The notes under the pieces are model-generated. The model was not told the origin of the DNA. It made no database searches and was given only the letters and a program-made list of their open reading frames with translations. The translations under genes and the position numbers were made by a program. Shown one piece after another: positions 1 to 12,549 of a DNA stretch of 64,000 bases. The stretch is from the human T2T-CHM13v2.0 reference genome, Homo sapiens, in NCBI RefSeq assembly GCF_009914755.1, contig NC_060931.1; one strand, 5' to 3'. Numbering within the stretch: position 1 is the stretch's first letter; every line of letters begins with the position of its first letter.

Positions 1-1829
1 GTCATTTGATTAATGATGGCAGTAGACATTTTATCCATCCACTACCCAGATATTATTCTTAATCCTTCCCTTTCTAGTGAAGAGAAGTGGCAATTAGATG
101 CTGGGCATAACTAGCCTCAGAAGAAAATTAAATTACTCCTTATAAGCAAATCTAATTGTGAAAAAAATGTCTGGAGTCCTAAATGGACCATTATGAAATA
201 AATGCACGCTAGAAAGCTATGGTCAGAAATGATGTTCTATAAATTGTCAAAAAGTTCTCCTCAGGCATAAGGTCAACTATTATTTTGAGCCCAGATACAA
301 ATGAATCTAACTCTGTAGCCCATTTTCTACTCTGTGTAACTGCTACCTAGGATGTGAAAGCAAACCAACCGTAACAAATCTGCCTCATCTGTATTTTTGT
401 AGGTATAAAAGAAAAACTATTTTAGAAAAGATTTGTGTTATTTTTTACACGGTTTTTAAGTTCATAAGGTAAATTCATCTTTGTCTTTGTTCTTTACACT
501 AAGTGAGGTCAAAAGAGGTGAGGAGACTTCTAAAGAAAAAAATCCAGAGTTTACCCATTTGGCTTTGGAGTAATGTTAGACAGACATAAAATACACAAAC
601 ACAACTCTTCAGGTTTGGTCCCACCCAATTCCCAGTAAAGGCATGGTTTCAGTATCCCTGGAACCAGGATGAAAGGAGAAAAATAGCCATAAATAGTTGA
701 GTTTTAGCTCTAAGCCTTTTATTTATTTTTTTGTTCTCTAAAACAGCTGCTACTCTGGAGAAGTTATAATGTTCCAGGCACTGGCTAAGTAAGCACTTCC
801 CACACACAATTCATAAACAATTCTATGAGGAAGACACATTTTTGTTCTTTTAGAGACGTAGAAGAGTGAGAAGAGTTAACTTGTCCAAGGTTCACAGCTA
901 TAACTAAGCCAATATTTAAATGCCAAGTCTGTTCCCTGACCACCAAACTATAAGGTGCAACCTCAGATTTCTGAGATACTGCATCGCATCACATTAAAAT
1001 GCACTTTCACACAAACTCTCACCCCTACTAGATAACTTACTTATCCCCATTAGCACAAAAAACAGTGCTTAGAAAGACAAGTCATTCATCAAACATCATT
1101 TTAATAAAGAATCTTTGCTAATAGTCATATTCCAAATAGGACTATTATCCCAGCATTATCTATTACCAAAGCCATATGCTTCTTTACAATCCCATGTTAA
1201 AATAGATTTAAATCAATGGCAATGAACACAATTTAATAAGAACTACTTTAAAATATAATCTCTAATTTGAAAAAAAAAGTCTATAGGCCATGATAGAACC
1301 AATAATAGAAATATGTGAAAGATCATACAATTTTCTTTACTGTTTCTCTTCACATACCCTCAATATTTCTTAGTTAAATCTACCTAAATGTTTGTATCAT
1401 AAGTACATAATTCTTTAAGCTATCAAGTTTTCAAAAATACAAAGTTAAAAACAAAAAGTGGAATACCTACCCTCCACTCTATGGAGTCTTTTTCATGGTT
1501 TATATGAACATTTTTGTTACAAAAATTTTCAATTGCAATTACATGTTCTCCTACCATTATCACATCTAAGAAAAGTGATTACAATTCTGATATTGGCTAA
1601 TATCTAATGCACATTCAAATCTCCCAAGAATGTTTTCCATAGGATTTTTTCCTTGTTGAACTTTTAGATTGTTTTTGTTTTGTTTTGTAATGTTCACACA
1701 CTACGTTTGGTAGTTATATCTCTTTAGTCTCTATTAATCTAGAAGTCCTCCTTTTATTTTTTTAACATTGACTTTTGTAAAGGAACAAGAACAGCTGTCT
1801 TACAGAATGTCCCACATCTTGGGTATACC

Positions 1830-2090
1830 TGTATCAAACTGAATACAAATGGGAGGTGCAATAAATGTAAAATACACATCAAACAGGAGATTTAGCATAA
1901 AAGAGAATGTAAACTATCTTATTAATCATTTTGATTACATGTAGAAAATCCAATCTTTTGGACATATTGAGTTCTATAAAATATATTTACAAAATTACTT
2001 TATCTTTTTATTTTCATTTTTTACTGTTGCTACTAGAAAATTTTAAATTACAAATGTGGCTCACATGATATATCCATTGGACAGCCCCAG
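1830..2090. mobile_element. hAT-Charlie MER3/MER33-like element within an old L1 fragment
   Basis: Typical end GCTACTAGAAAATTTTAAATTACA..GTGGCTCACAT...CCATTGGACAGC. Confidence 0.7.
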
Positions 2091-3454
2091 TCTACAAGTT
2101 TAATTGTATACAGACTAAATGTTTTTGCAGATATATTAATATTTGCTAGGTGATGTTGTTTACTCAAAATCCAAGTGATGAGTCATTTACTACAGTCCAT
2201 TCTACCGTGAGAGATACCAGGTCTGATCACTCGGTTAAGGTGCTAACTGCAAAATCTTTAATTGGAGAAGCATATTCTCCTTCCAATTAGTAAACATTCT
2301 GAAGAAAATTCTTAGATACAACATTTTTCTGATAGTTTAGAGTTCATTGACAATCCTTGCCTGAATCTATTATAACAATGGAAGTTCCAAAATGATAGCT
2401 GGAATTTTTCTCTAAAGATCATTGCTTTATTTTCTCTACCTCTCACACTTTCTTTCAGTTTCCCTTCTCTCAGAATATTAAGCATTCAGCAGTAGCATTC
2501 AGTATCTCAAAATCAGTTACAGTTACGATGTTCTTTGATGCTCAAATTGTCCCAGAGTTGGCCATTGGAAGCATCTTCCAGACAGCTTCAGTGTGCTTTC
2601 GACTACTCCATTAAACTCCACTTCCTTATTTTCAGGTACCACAAGATACTCCAGGCTCACTTTCTATTTTTCCTGTCCCAGACCTGGCTGAAATTAGCTA
2701 CTGAGGGGTTCATTTCTTTTAGGGAGGAATGGTATTTAGAAACCCAGATCTGGTACTAACAGTGCTCATTGTTACTGTCCCTTTCAGTGGACTGAAAATG
2801 AACTATTAAAAGATTATGAATTCATATTGAAATTTCTAATTCAAACTTAACATTATTTTTAAAAATGTATTTGATTTCCACATTTGTATTTTTTCTCTTA
2901 CACTGAAAAGCTTGGTTTCTTATAATATTAATGTGTTTACTAATTTATCTTATAATTTACATTACAGTTTCTAATATTATTAAACTTACTAGTCTATTTT
3001 ACAATTTACTACTAACAATGAATCTATTTAGTGAAGTTTTAAATATTCTATAAAGGCAGAGCACCATGATCAAAATTTACTTTAAATAATTATTTTCCCT
3101 ATATGATTACATTACCAATATTATATACAGATATTTATTGCCAGTTAACAACCTAAATGTACTTTTGACCTTCTGTCTCATCAGCCAGGCCACAAACGCG
3201 ATGTTTACATAGCCATTTACCGGAAGCAAGAGCCTGGACCACAGAGCAGATCACCAGCAGCATATGGCTCACGTGTGGGCGACCAACACCACTTGAAAAG
3301 CAGAAGTTCATAAGACAGAAACACATATGAGCATCCGCCTGTCTGGGGCAGGAAAGCTGAGAAAGAGGCACACCAAGACTAAGGGAAAGAGGCCGGGAAG
3401 GGTAAAAAGGTGAAATGAAAAGAGGTTGGTGAATGACTAAGAACGGTTGGATAG

Positions 3455-3700
3455 GACAAATAAGTTCCAATGTTCGATAGCAGACGAGGGTGACTACAGT
3501 TAGCAATATATTGTATATTTCAAAGTAGCTAGAAGACTTAAAATGTTATCAACACATAGAAATGAAATATACCTAAGGTGATGTATCCTTCAAATACCCG
3601 GACTTGATCATTACACATTCCGGGCATGTAAAAAACGCTTCCATGTACCCCATTTCATAAATATGTAAAATATTATGTATCATTAAAAGAAAGAACAAAA
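3455..3700 (+). mobile_element. L1MA-type 3' end fragment
   Basis: GGGTGACTACAGTTAGCAATATATTGTATATTTCAAAGTAGCTAGAAG...A-rich end. Confidence 0.7.
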
Positions 3701-3904
3701 AAGACAGGGAAAATGCATATGCTGTGCTCCACTCAGCCAACAAACTTCTGCTCTAAGCAGGGATATTGATTCCAAAGGCTAGCTTGCGTTTCTTAAAAAT
3801 AATTAAAAACAACAACATGTCATTTATTTCAGAGCTGGAGGCTAGAAATAAATTACTCAAATCTCGCAACTATGTAAACTATGAAAATGAAACAAGCTAG
3901 TTAC

Positions 3905-3972
3905 CTTTTATTGTTCAGTTTAAAAAAGTTCTTCTTCTTTGCTCCTCCATTGCGGTCCCCTTCAAGATCCAT
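3905..3972 (-). CDS. ABCB1: ABCB1 / MDR1 P-glycoprotein, first canonical coding exon (MDLEGDRNGGAKKKNFFKLNNK-S...); gene continues off the left edge
   Basis: Reverse complement reads TTTCTCTTCAG|GTCGGG ATG GAT CTT GAA GGG GAC CGC AAT GGA GGA GCA AAG AAG AAG AAC TTT TTT AAA CTG AAC AAT AAA AG|GTAACT. Exon 3905-3978, 68 coding nt, recognised P-gp N-terminus. Confidence 0.98.
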
Positions 3973-4542
3973 CCCGACCTGAAGAGAAACCGCAGCTCAT
4001 TAGCCAAATGCATGAGCCTCAGGCGCGCTGGAGGTGAGACTAACCTCTAGTCCCCCGTCGAAGCCAGAGAGCAGTAAGAGGGAGCGCCCGCCGTTGATGC
4101 CCCAGCTGCTCTGGCCGCGATGGGCACTGCAGGGGCTTTCCTGTGCGCGGGGTCTCCAGCATCTCCACGAAGGCAGAGTTGGGGGTCTGGCAGCGCGTTC
4201 TGGACTTTGCCCGCCGCCAGTGCGATTCTCCCTCCCGGTTCCAGTCGCCGCGGACGATGCTTCCTCCCACCCACCGCCCGCGGGCTCAGAGAGCAGGTCC
4301 CCGCACCGCGCGGGCTGTGCGCGCTCCGGGCAACATGGTCCAGTGCCACTACGGTTTGGGCGCTGCTCCAGGAGCTCCTGAGTCTAGATCTAACCCCACT
4401 TGGTCCCCATGGACTTGCCAGAGGACTTCACACTATCCACGCCTCAAGAAGCCCTTCTCCCGTGAAGACCAAGTTCAGGAAATCTGAAAGCCTGACACTT
4501 GGGAACTGTCCCATAGTAGCTCCCAGCTTTGCGTGCCCCTAC

Positions 4543-4613
4543 CTCGCGCTCCTTGGAACGGCCACCAAGACGTGAAATTTTGGAAGAAGATACTCCGACT
4601 TTAGTGGAAAGAC
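4543..4613 (-). CDS. ABCB1: Alternative coding segment of the extended ABCB1 isoform (G-LSTKVGVSSSKISRLGGRSKERE)
   Basis: Internal acceptor TTCGTTTCCTTTAG|GTCTTT at 4613; 71 nt, stop-free; joins GTC GGG ATG in frame. Confidence 0.65.
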
Positions 4614-4659
4614 CTAAAGGAAACGAACAGCGGCCTCTGCTTCTTTGAGCTTGGAAGAG

Positions 4660-4850
4660 CCGCTACTCGAATGAGCTCAGGCTTCCTGTGGCAAAGAGAG
4701 CGAAGCGGCTGTGCTCAGCCCACGCCCCGGCGCTGTTCCTGCCCAGCCAATCAGCCTCACCACAGATGACTGCTCCCGGCCCGGATTGACTGAATGCTGA
4801 TTCCTCGAGAAACTGCGAAACAGGTTGAATTTCCAGGAGGAATGTTCTGG
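4660..4850 (-). promoter_or_regulatory. ABCB1: ABCB1 proximal (downstream) TATA-less promoter: Inr, GC box, Y-box, AP-1-like, C/EBP and HSE elements
   Basis: Taking +1=4672: GGGGCGTGGGCTG at 4716-4728 (-44/-56), inverted CCAAT CTGATTGGCT at 4745-4754 (-73/-82), TCAGTCA at 4787-4793, TTTCGCAGT at 4812-4820, nGAAn/nTTCn repeats at ~4824-4850. Spacing matches the classical MDR1 promoter map. Confidence 0.92.
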
Positions 4851-4866
4851 CTTCCGTTGCACCTCT
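4761..4866 (-). CDS. ABCB1: Alternative coding segment of the extended ABCB1 isoform (RGATEARTFLLEIQPVSQFLEESAFSQSGPGAVIC-G)
   Basis: 106 nt, stop-free from the exon 1a acceptor to an internal donor TGTG|GTGAGG. Confidence 0.65.
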
Positions 4867-5764
4867 CTAGAAAGGGCAAGTAGAGAAACGCGCATCAGCT
4901 GAATCATTGGGGACATTTCAACTTATGTAGACACGTCTTTCAAAGTTCACATAAGTCTTCATATCCATATAACTACAGGACGTAGTTAAGGGAAATTTTC
5001 TCGGGATTCGCATTTAATACAGTTAATACAAAAACTCCGACCTCTCCAATTCTGTATCACCTTTCTGCTTCCTAACACCTTTGAAAAGGCTAGGAGAAAT
5101 TTTTCTGCAGTGGTCTTTCTTCAGCATGCTTGACAGTTTCTGAGTTACATCTGTTCATCCTTTATTTGATGATAAATGGAATGAAAGAAAAAGGAAGTTT
5201 TAAAAAATATATAGAGACAGGTATTTCAAGGTACAAATGCTATTTCAAAGTGTGTAATATTTTAAAACTTCAGACGTCAGATCAATGCCCGTGTTTTTCC
5301 AGGGCATTTTAAATTCTTACATTTTAATTCAAATTAGTAAAATAAACATAGCATGTTTTAGCATATTACATTAGTTGTAATTTCCTTCCATATTTACTGC
5401 CAACATTTAATATTTTTTCCTGTCCACTATTTACTTCAAACTGAGGAAAAGTACGTGCAATCTGCACAATTCAAAATTGTAAAGCAATGCTAACTCACAT
5501 CAGAGCTTTTCTTACTTCTTATGAACATAGAGGAAATAGGTTTGTTGTATCCTCTAGTCTACATTCTATGACTTTCACATATTACCTATCAGTTTATTGC
5601 ATAAGTTTAGAAGAAGAAAATCACTTTGTTTTTTACTGCATAGTCTGAGGATGTTTCCACTTTCTTTAAATAACTCATACTTCAAAGCCATAATTTTTTT
5701 CTATTCTTGACTACAAATTTTCCTTATCTTGATATATTTTGTTCTTGGCCTTACAATACAATGA

Positions 5765-6078
<314 letters not shown>

Positions 6079-6747
6079 TCTTTTTTTTTTTTTTTTTTTT
6101 TTTTTCACAAATTGTTAATTAGGCTTCTAACAGGCCACTATTTTTTCCACATGTTCTAATTGCATATGCAAGTGTACAGCATTGTTCACTGTTTAAAGGC
6201 TTAACAACAACCCTGTGGTCCATCTGGGGTAAATGTAAAAGCTTTCATCTTCATTACATGCGTTTTTAATCTTATTTGTGCCTATGATCTCTGTTTTCAC
6301 TTTTGTTTTGCTTTGTTGCTTTATCTCACCTTTCATTTATGTAATCTTGTTGTATTTTATGTATCCTTTTGAATGGCCTTAAACCCTCCCTAAACAGTGC
6401 AGGATATAAATACAGTGCTATACTGTTATGTTGATTATACTATTTCTACAATCTTGAGCATCAGGTAAAGATCTCTATCAAAGATATAAGTAAGTTAAAG
6501 ATCAGAATAACACAGATTTTAAAAATAAGATTCTACCATTCTATTATATTGTATTCCATTTCTTTGCTCCACTGACATGAAAGTGTGAATATAAAACATG
6601 ATGGACCTAAAACAAACTAGCTCTTGCTACTTTCAACAGTCCTTGGTTTCTTGAAAGACACCAGTCTTGCATTTGTGCCACCACCACTTCTGTCAAGCTG
6701 AACTTGGCTGTTCTCCTTAAGCTTCCTTAATTTCTGATGAAACCTAC

Positions 6748-6774
6748 CTGGTCCCCTTGCAAGTTGACACTCAT
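6748..6774 (-). CDS. ABCB1: Coding part (MSVNLQGDQ) of an alternative upstream ABCB1 exon (whole exon 6748-6928), N-terminally extended isoform
   Basis: Acceptor TTACTCCCATAG|ATAC at 6928; ATG AGT GTC AAC TTG CAA GGG GAC CAG|GTAGGT donor at 6748; in frame with downstream segments. Agrees with my recollection of an annotated longer ABCB1 isoform. Confidence 0.7.
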
Positions 6775-8930
6775 ATACCTTCATTCAAGCGGTGATATTT
6801 CCATTTGAAGTGACTGCCACAATCTGCACCTTCTTGTCCTCCGCTCTCATGTAGCCATTTCACCAACTTGTCTATACTCTGACAACATTAAAGATTTGCC
6901 TCTCTGCTGCAGTCTGTTCTATATGTATCTATGGGAGTAATAATATATAATGATAATAATAACAACTAACATTTATTAACTACTGGTCATTTATCAGGAA
7001 CTGCCAAGCACTTCAAAGAAATTAAGTCATTTAATCTTTACAAGAATCCTATGAAGTAGTTACTATTTTTGTTACTCCCATATTACAATAAAAGACACTG
7101 AGGTTTGCATTATTTGCCCAGTCACACAGCAGGTAAGGTGCTAACCAGTAGTCCCTCTCTCATAACTGTACTCTTAACCACTATCCTACACTGTAGTACA
7201 TTATCATAGGACACACCACTTCACTGCCTTTTCCAGTCCCACGAAGTGTTTTCTCCTTATGAGTCCATCTTGGAAAACCTGCAATGGCTCCCTGCCACAG
7301 ACTATATCATATCTAACAGTTTCCTCTTAGCTTTTAAGAACCACAACACATCACTTCTCTCTAATCATCTTCCTCACCCTCAACATGTACATGTTCACTC
7401 CATTTCAGCCAAACTCACTGGGCTTCTCAGATGATATGTGCTTTTCACTCTGTGCTTTTCCACATGTAAATCATTAAACTAAACTAATTTACAAAAGTTT
7501 TCTTCTTTAGTACCTGGCTGCATTAAACTATTTGGACTTCAAAGGCAGAAAAACTTAGATAAGGACCATCTCTGCTGATTATTATGCATAGGTTTGAACG
7601 GGTTACTTAACTCTGCTATCCCACAGTTACCTTTTTGGTAAAGAGTAGATAGTATCTTCTAATGTTATGGCAAGATTAAGTGATTTGTGTATTTAAAAGA
7701 TTTGTACAGTGCCTGAAACACCCTAAACATTCAACATTGCTATATATTAGTAATAATGCCCTCTTCTCAATCTCTTTTTGCCCTCCTTAGCATTCTTTGC
7801 AACTCATGTATGTAGTCACATCTATGTATCCATATACGTTTGACCTATTATTCTCATATCCCAGCTCTGAGTCCTTTATTATGAGTATTAACAACACATT
7901 TATAGAAATTAAAAAGCTGTTCACCTATTTTTCCTTCTCCTATGGTTTTTAATTCTTTTGGATGTTTTTCTCATAATTCTTTTATTGTAAATCTTATGTA
8001 TCTTTCTCTGATCTCTCTAATAATTTATTTTCTGTATTTTTCCTAGCTCCTCTATTTAGCCCATCTGAGTCCAGATTGAAGGTTCAACATGCTTAAAGAA
8101 GGAATGCAACTCACCTCAATGAAGTTAATTGACCTGAGGCAGAGAAAGAATACAAGTTTCCACTCAGTCCAAAGAGCAAGACATATGACTCACTTGTGTT
8201 AACAATAATAACACAATATTGTTATTGTGTTACAATAACACAATAATAAGGGATCCACACACTCTCCACCCTTTCACATGTAATGATTTTTATGTATGAA
8301 GGACATGTGATGATAGGGGATATTAAATGACTGTACTTGATAGGGGATATTAAATGACTGTGCTTGAACTCATGTTGGATTACATCAGATTGCTTCTATG
8401 GACACCTGCATTGAAAAAAAAATCCAGATTCCGAAGGTCAATAGGATCATTTTCAGAGGTCGTTTGTCTTGCCATCATTTAGCCAATACAGCAACAGACA
8501 TGAGTTGTGTGAAATGGTGATCAGATGATGATAAATTAATTTAATTTTAATTAAGTCGCTTAGTGAGTTAGCCATGTGATAAGTCGATGGCAAATGGAAA
8601 CCTGAATTATACTCCTCTTTGAACACTTCCCCATCTACTACAGCCAGAAATATTTTCTACCACTCCGCAATCCTACTTTTCAGTATCGGCATCTCTCATT
8701 TTGTATTTATTATTAATGTTTCATATGATTATGAATTTTTTAAATATTCAAACTGGACAGAGACTTATACAAAATAAAGTTTCAATAAATGTTTGTAGAA
8801 AATATTAGGTGCTGAGAGTATGACATCAGAGGCAGATTTATGGAAATTACACTAGTAGGCTAAATGCCTAAGTTATCATTAGCGTGCCTTCAAAGATCCG
8901 TTGCCATGAACTATCTCCCTTATCAACTTC

Positions 8931-9221
8931 TTTTTATTGAGATGGAGTATTACTCTGTCTCCCAGGCTGGAGTGTAGTGTTAATAATCCAGGCGCACTGC
9001 AACCTCCGCCTCCTGGGTTCCAGCAATTCTCATGCCTCAGCCTCCTGAGTAGCTGGGATTATGGGAGTGCACCAGCACACCAGGCTAATTTTTGTAATTT
9101 TAGTAGAAATGGGGTTTCACCACATTGACTAGGCTGATCTTGAACTTCTGGCCTCAAGTGATCCACCCACCTCAGCCTCCCAAAGTGCTGGGATTATAGG
9201 CATGAGCCACCACGCCCAGCC
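8931..9221 (-). mobile_element. AluS
   Basis: Antisense Alu; TATCAACTTCT on both flanks (TSD). Confidence 0.9.
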
Positions 9222-11329
9222 TCCTCTATCAACTTCTAAGATCTTTAAAACTCCATTAGAGAATCATCTCTCTGAGTAAGTCACTGCCCCCTATTAAAAT
9301 AAATCTACCATAATAGCACAAGAAATGTTTTTAAATGAATGACAAAATTAAGAGGAGAGAAGACAACTGAGTAAGATAAAGGGAAAGAAGAAAATGAAGT
9401 GGCAACTCTTGGAATTCCAGCTTCATGACTTACTAGCTGTGTGGCTTTGAAGAAATACTCCACTGCTCAAAAGACTTGATTTCTGTGTCATTTGAAGAAA
9501 TACTCCACTGCTCAAAAACCTTGATTTCTGTGTCATTCAAATAAAGACAAAAACAGCATATTCCTAGGGTTTTTGTAAGAAGAAAATAAGGTAAGATTTG
9601 ATGTGTGTTTAGTATAAATTGTATTATTTCCCAAATATCCTAATAAAGATGGTCAATGGAGCCAAGATATGAATAAAAATTAAGAACATGAGAGTAAAAG
9701 TGATGACTGGAAAGGGCTAGTAATGGACATTGAAAATAAATAATAATATGGCAATAATTTTATTACTTTTAAAGAAATCTATAAAAACAACAAAATTATG
9801 AAGAAAATTGAATAAATTCACATTTAAAACCAACAACAAACCATATAGCTATTTATTGCAAATATCACAATAGGTTAATATTCTTAATATATAAAGAGCT
9901 TATATAAATGGATAAGAAAAAATTCAAAGGTCTAATAGAACCGAGCAAAAGATGCAAATAGGCAATTCATATAAAAAAGTATGTAGTATACTGGTACACA
10001 GAAGAAAACATACTGAAATATTCATGCTAACTACAAAGAAATGCAAATTACAACAGCAAAGATATTTTGAAAAATGAGACTATCACATGCTCACAAGAGT
10101 TAAATAAACAAGTAGGAGTTGAAAATTATTCAAATGAATAAGGAAACATACATAAGGAAAACTTAAGTCTGTTTGACTCAGTAATTCAATTTTAGGAAAT
10201 CTATCTTAAAGAAATAATTCCAAGTACAGAAAAAAATATCAGCCAAAGGTATTCATTGCTGCTTTATTTTATAACAGTGAAAAATGAGCAGTGACCTGAA
10301 TACTTAACCACATATATATGGATGAATTAATTATTATACATCCTCTTTAAAAAAGTAGTAATATAAAACGTGCTTACAGAGTTTGTGATAACCTCAGAAA
10401 ATACCTATGCTAATATGCAAGGACAAAAGGCAGGGGAAAATTATAATAGCATAATATTCACTATATCAAGCAAATTAATTGGTGTAATATTAGAGATAAA
10501 GATATCAAAGTGTCAAGAGTGATTATCTTTTAGTGATGAAAGTTAGGTCTGAGTTTACTTTAATTTTTTCTGTATTTGAGAAATTTCCTATATTAAAAGT
10601 GTATTATTTTATAATATTTTTTATAAAAGTTTGGAGATGGGGATGAGAATGCATTTTCAGAATCCTGGTTATTAGTATCTATCTCTCAGTGGAGTTTGCT
10701 CCTTATTAAGGGACACTCACATTGAATGAAGGCCAAAATTAACTGGCTAAAACAAGAAACATTGAGAATTCCCAGTATTTTTCATTTATTAATAAGTTTC
10801 TCATATTTCTGAAAATCTTACCCATGTTTCTAAGAAAAGTGAGAGAGGAAGAAGAGAGAAAGAGGTAGAGATAGAGATTCTCCTTAAGTAATAAGAAAAT
10901 ACATGGGAGGCTGAAATAACTGGATTCTAGCTTTGGTCATCAACTGTCTATATAAGTTGGATACATGGTTTTTTTCTAATTACTGTTTTCATATCAGCCT
11001 CAAAGAGTTATTGAGAAGATCAAAGCCCTGGAGGTATTTTTCATAACTAAGCACCATATACCTCCACTTGAGGAAGATAATACAGAAGAGAGAAGTCCAA
11101 TTAAGGACTTCAGTGTCATTCTCCTGAAGAATTTAAGTTCTGTGAGGGTAGAAATCTTGTCTCTATTTTTATTCTGTATATAAAATACAGCACATACTAT
11201 GTGCTCAATTCCTCCTTTGGGAGAGCTAGAGAAATGTCCATTAACAGCATTATTTGACACTTTATAGCTTATCCAAACAAATAAAGATGGACTTAAGCTG
11301 GGGAATTATTTTTTTCTTTGATTCTTTTT

Positions 11330-11551
11330 TTTTTCTTTACTTAATTTGTGTGTGTGTGAGACAGGGTCTTGCTCTGTCACCAAGGTTGAAGCACAGTGGC
11401 GCAATCACAGCTCACTGCAGCCTCAACCTCCTGCATTCAAAGGATCTCCCCACATCCTCCTCTCAAGTAGCTGGGACCAAAGGTGTGCGCCACCTTGCCT
11501 GGCTAATTTTTTTTTGTAGAGATAGGCTGTCACTATGTTGCCCAGGCTGGC
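11330..11551 (-). mobile_element. Partial AluJ
   Basis: GAGACAGGGTCTTGCTCTGTCACC...CACAGCTCACTGCAGCCTC. Confidence 0.85.
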
Positions 11552-12484
11552 TAAAACTTTTATTGATCACTATGTGGCAAGTACTTTGCTAGATGCTGAC
11601 AATATGAAGATGAGCCGTGTAAAGTTCCTCAAGTTCTGTGTGTATATGTTGTTAAAGGTGAAAACGATTAGGATAATTTTAGCATATAAGGCAACTGTTT
11701 TGTTTTCATTTTGTTTTTACAAACAGACTGAACTTATATATCTAAAGTGACCAACTTCCTTTTCAAAGTCAATACCCAAGGAAGCTATATACCAATTTCA
11801 ATGATGCCTGCCAAGAAACAGTTGGAACTTTTTTGTTGGATTTGTCCTCAGAGTCTACAAAAATATGATTTTAATGTCCTCAATAATAGCAAATTTTGCC
11901 TTTTACTGATAAATTTAAGTTTTAGAAACAAGATAACCCAACATTGCAGTAAAGAACATTGGCTTTAGCACCAAACAGATTGGGTTTAAGTTCTGGTCAT
12001 TTGACATTGGAAAATTTATTTCTTTTGCTGCAACTAAAACTCCTTACTTGTAAAATAAGACAGTGAGTGTAAAGCAATCAGCTTAGTACCTGGATGTCTA
12101 TATTCCGAATGTTTACTTGTGTTTATGTTGTTATTGTTAATAGACTAGTAAGTGATTTGCTTGAAAGAAGTTTCAATTAAAAATGAAATCTGGCTATAAA
12201 GTAATAAGCCAAATTTTCTCCTGTGCTTAGCAAATTATTCTGAAGATTATTCCTCAGGGAAATTCCTTTGACATTCAACACATATTTGGTTGGAACAATC
12301 CTACTATGTACCTATTTCCTCATTCTCTTAATTTATAACCAAACCCTTTGCCCTAAGATATCAGCACTGAGGAATTCCTGACATAAAAATAACAATATTA
12401 CCCGAAATGGCTTTTGAATTGCAGAGCTTATAAAAACACCATTTCCCTTTTAGTTTTTTTTATCGTTTTATGATTCATAGACTT

Positions 12485-12549
12485 TGAACTTGTTTAATCT
12501 CAAATGAACTCTCTCCCAGGAGCAAGGTCAAGTTAGTTCAATGAGGTAA
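12485..12549. promoter_or_regulatory. ABCB1 distal xenobiotic-response enhancer (PXR/CAR DR4 cluster, ~-7.8 kb)
   Basis: AGGTCA-agtt-AGTTCA DR4 (12525-12540), followed by atg-AGGTAA (DR3-like). On the minus strand AGTTCA-tttg-AGATTA-aaca-AGTTCA (12510-12485). Distance to the TSS matches the known MDR1 enhancer. Confidence 0.9.

Larger units (their letters stand above)
4543..4866 (-). other. ABCB1: ABCB1 5'-UTR exon 1a/1b (1b from the proximal TSS at ~4672-4676; 1a portion used by upstream-initiated transcripts)
   Basis: Acceptor TTGCCCTTTCTAG|AGAGGT at 4866, donor GAGCGCGAG|GTAGGG at 4543, 564-nt intron to the ATG exon. Matches the known MDR1 leader ATTCGAGTAGCGGCTCTTCC. Confidence 0.93.
3950..4900. 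promoter_or_regulatory. CpG island over the ABCB1 promoter, exon 1 and intron 1
   Basis: Abrupt GC- and CpG-rich tract within AT-rich flanks. Confidence 0.88.

Noticed and set aside
1-3904. Next ABCB1 coding exon (EKDKKEKKPTVSVFSM)
   Set aside because: Its sequence is not present here; it should lie just left of the window.
4034-4575. Cluster of 76-151 aa ORFs in ABCB1 intron 1
   Set aside because: Chance ORFs in a CpG island on both strands, no recognisable domain.
8370-8600. Unique-looking segment that might be a processed pseudogene or ancient conserved element
   Set aside because: No ORF, TSD or family recognised; needs a homology search.
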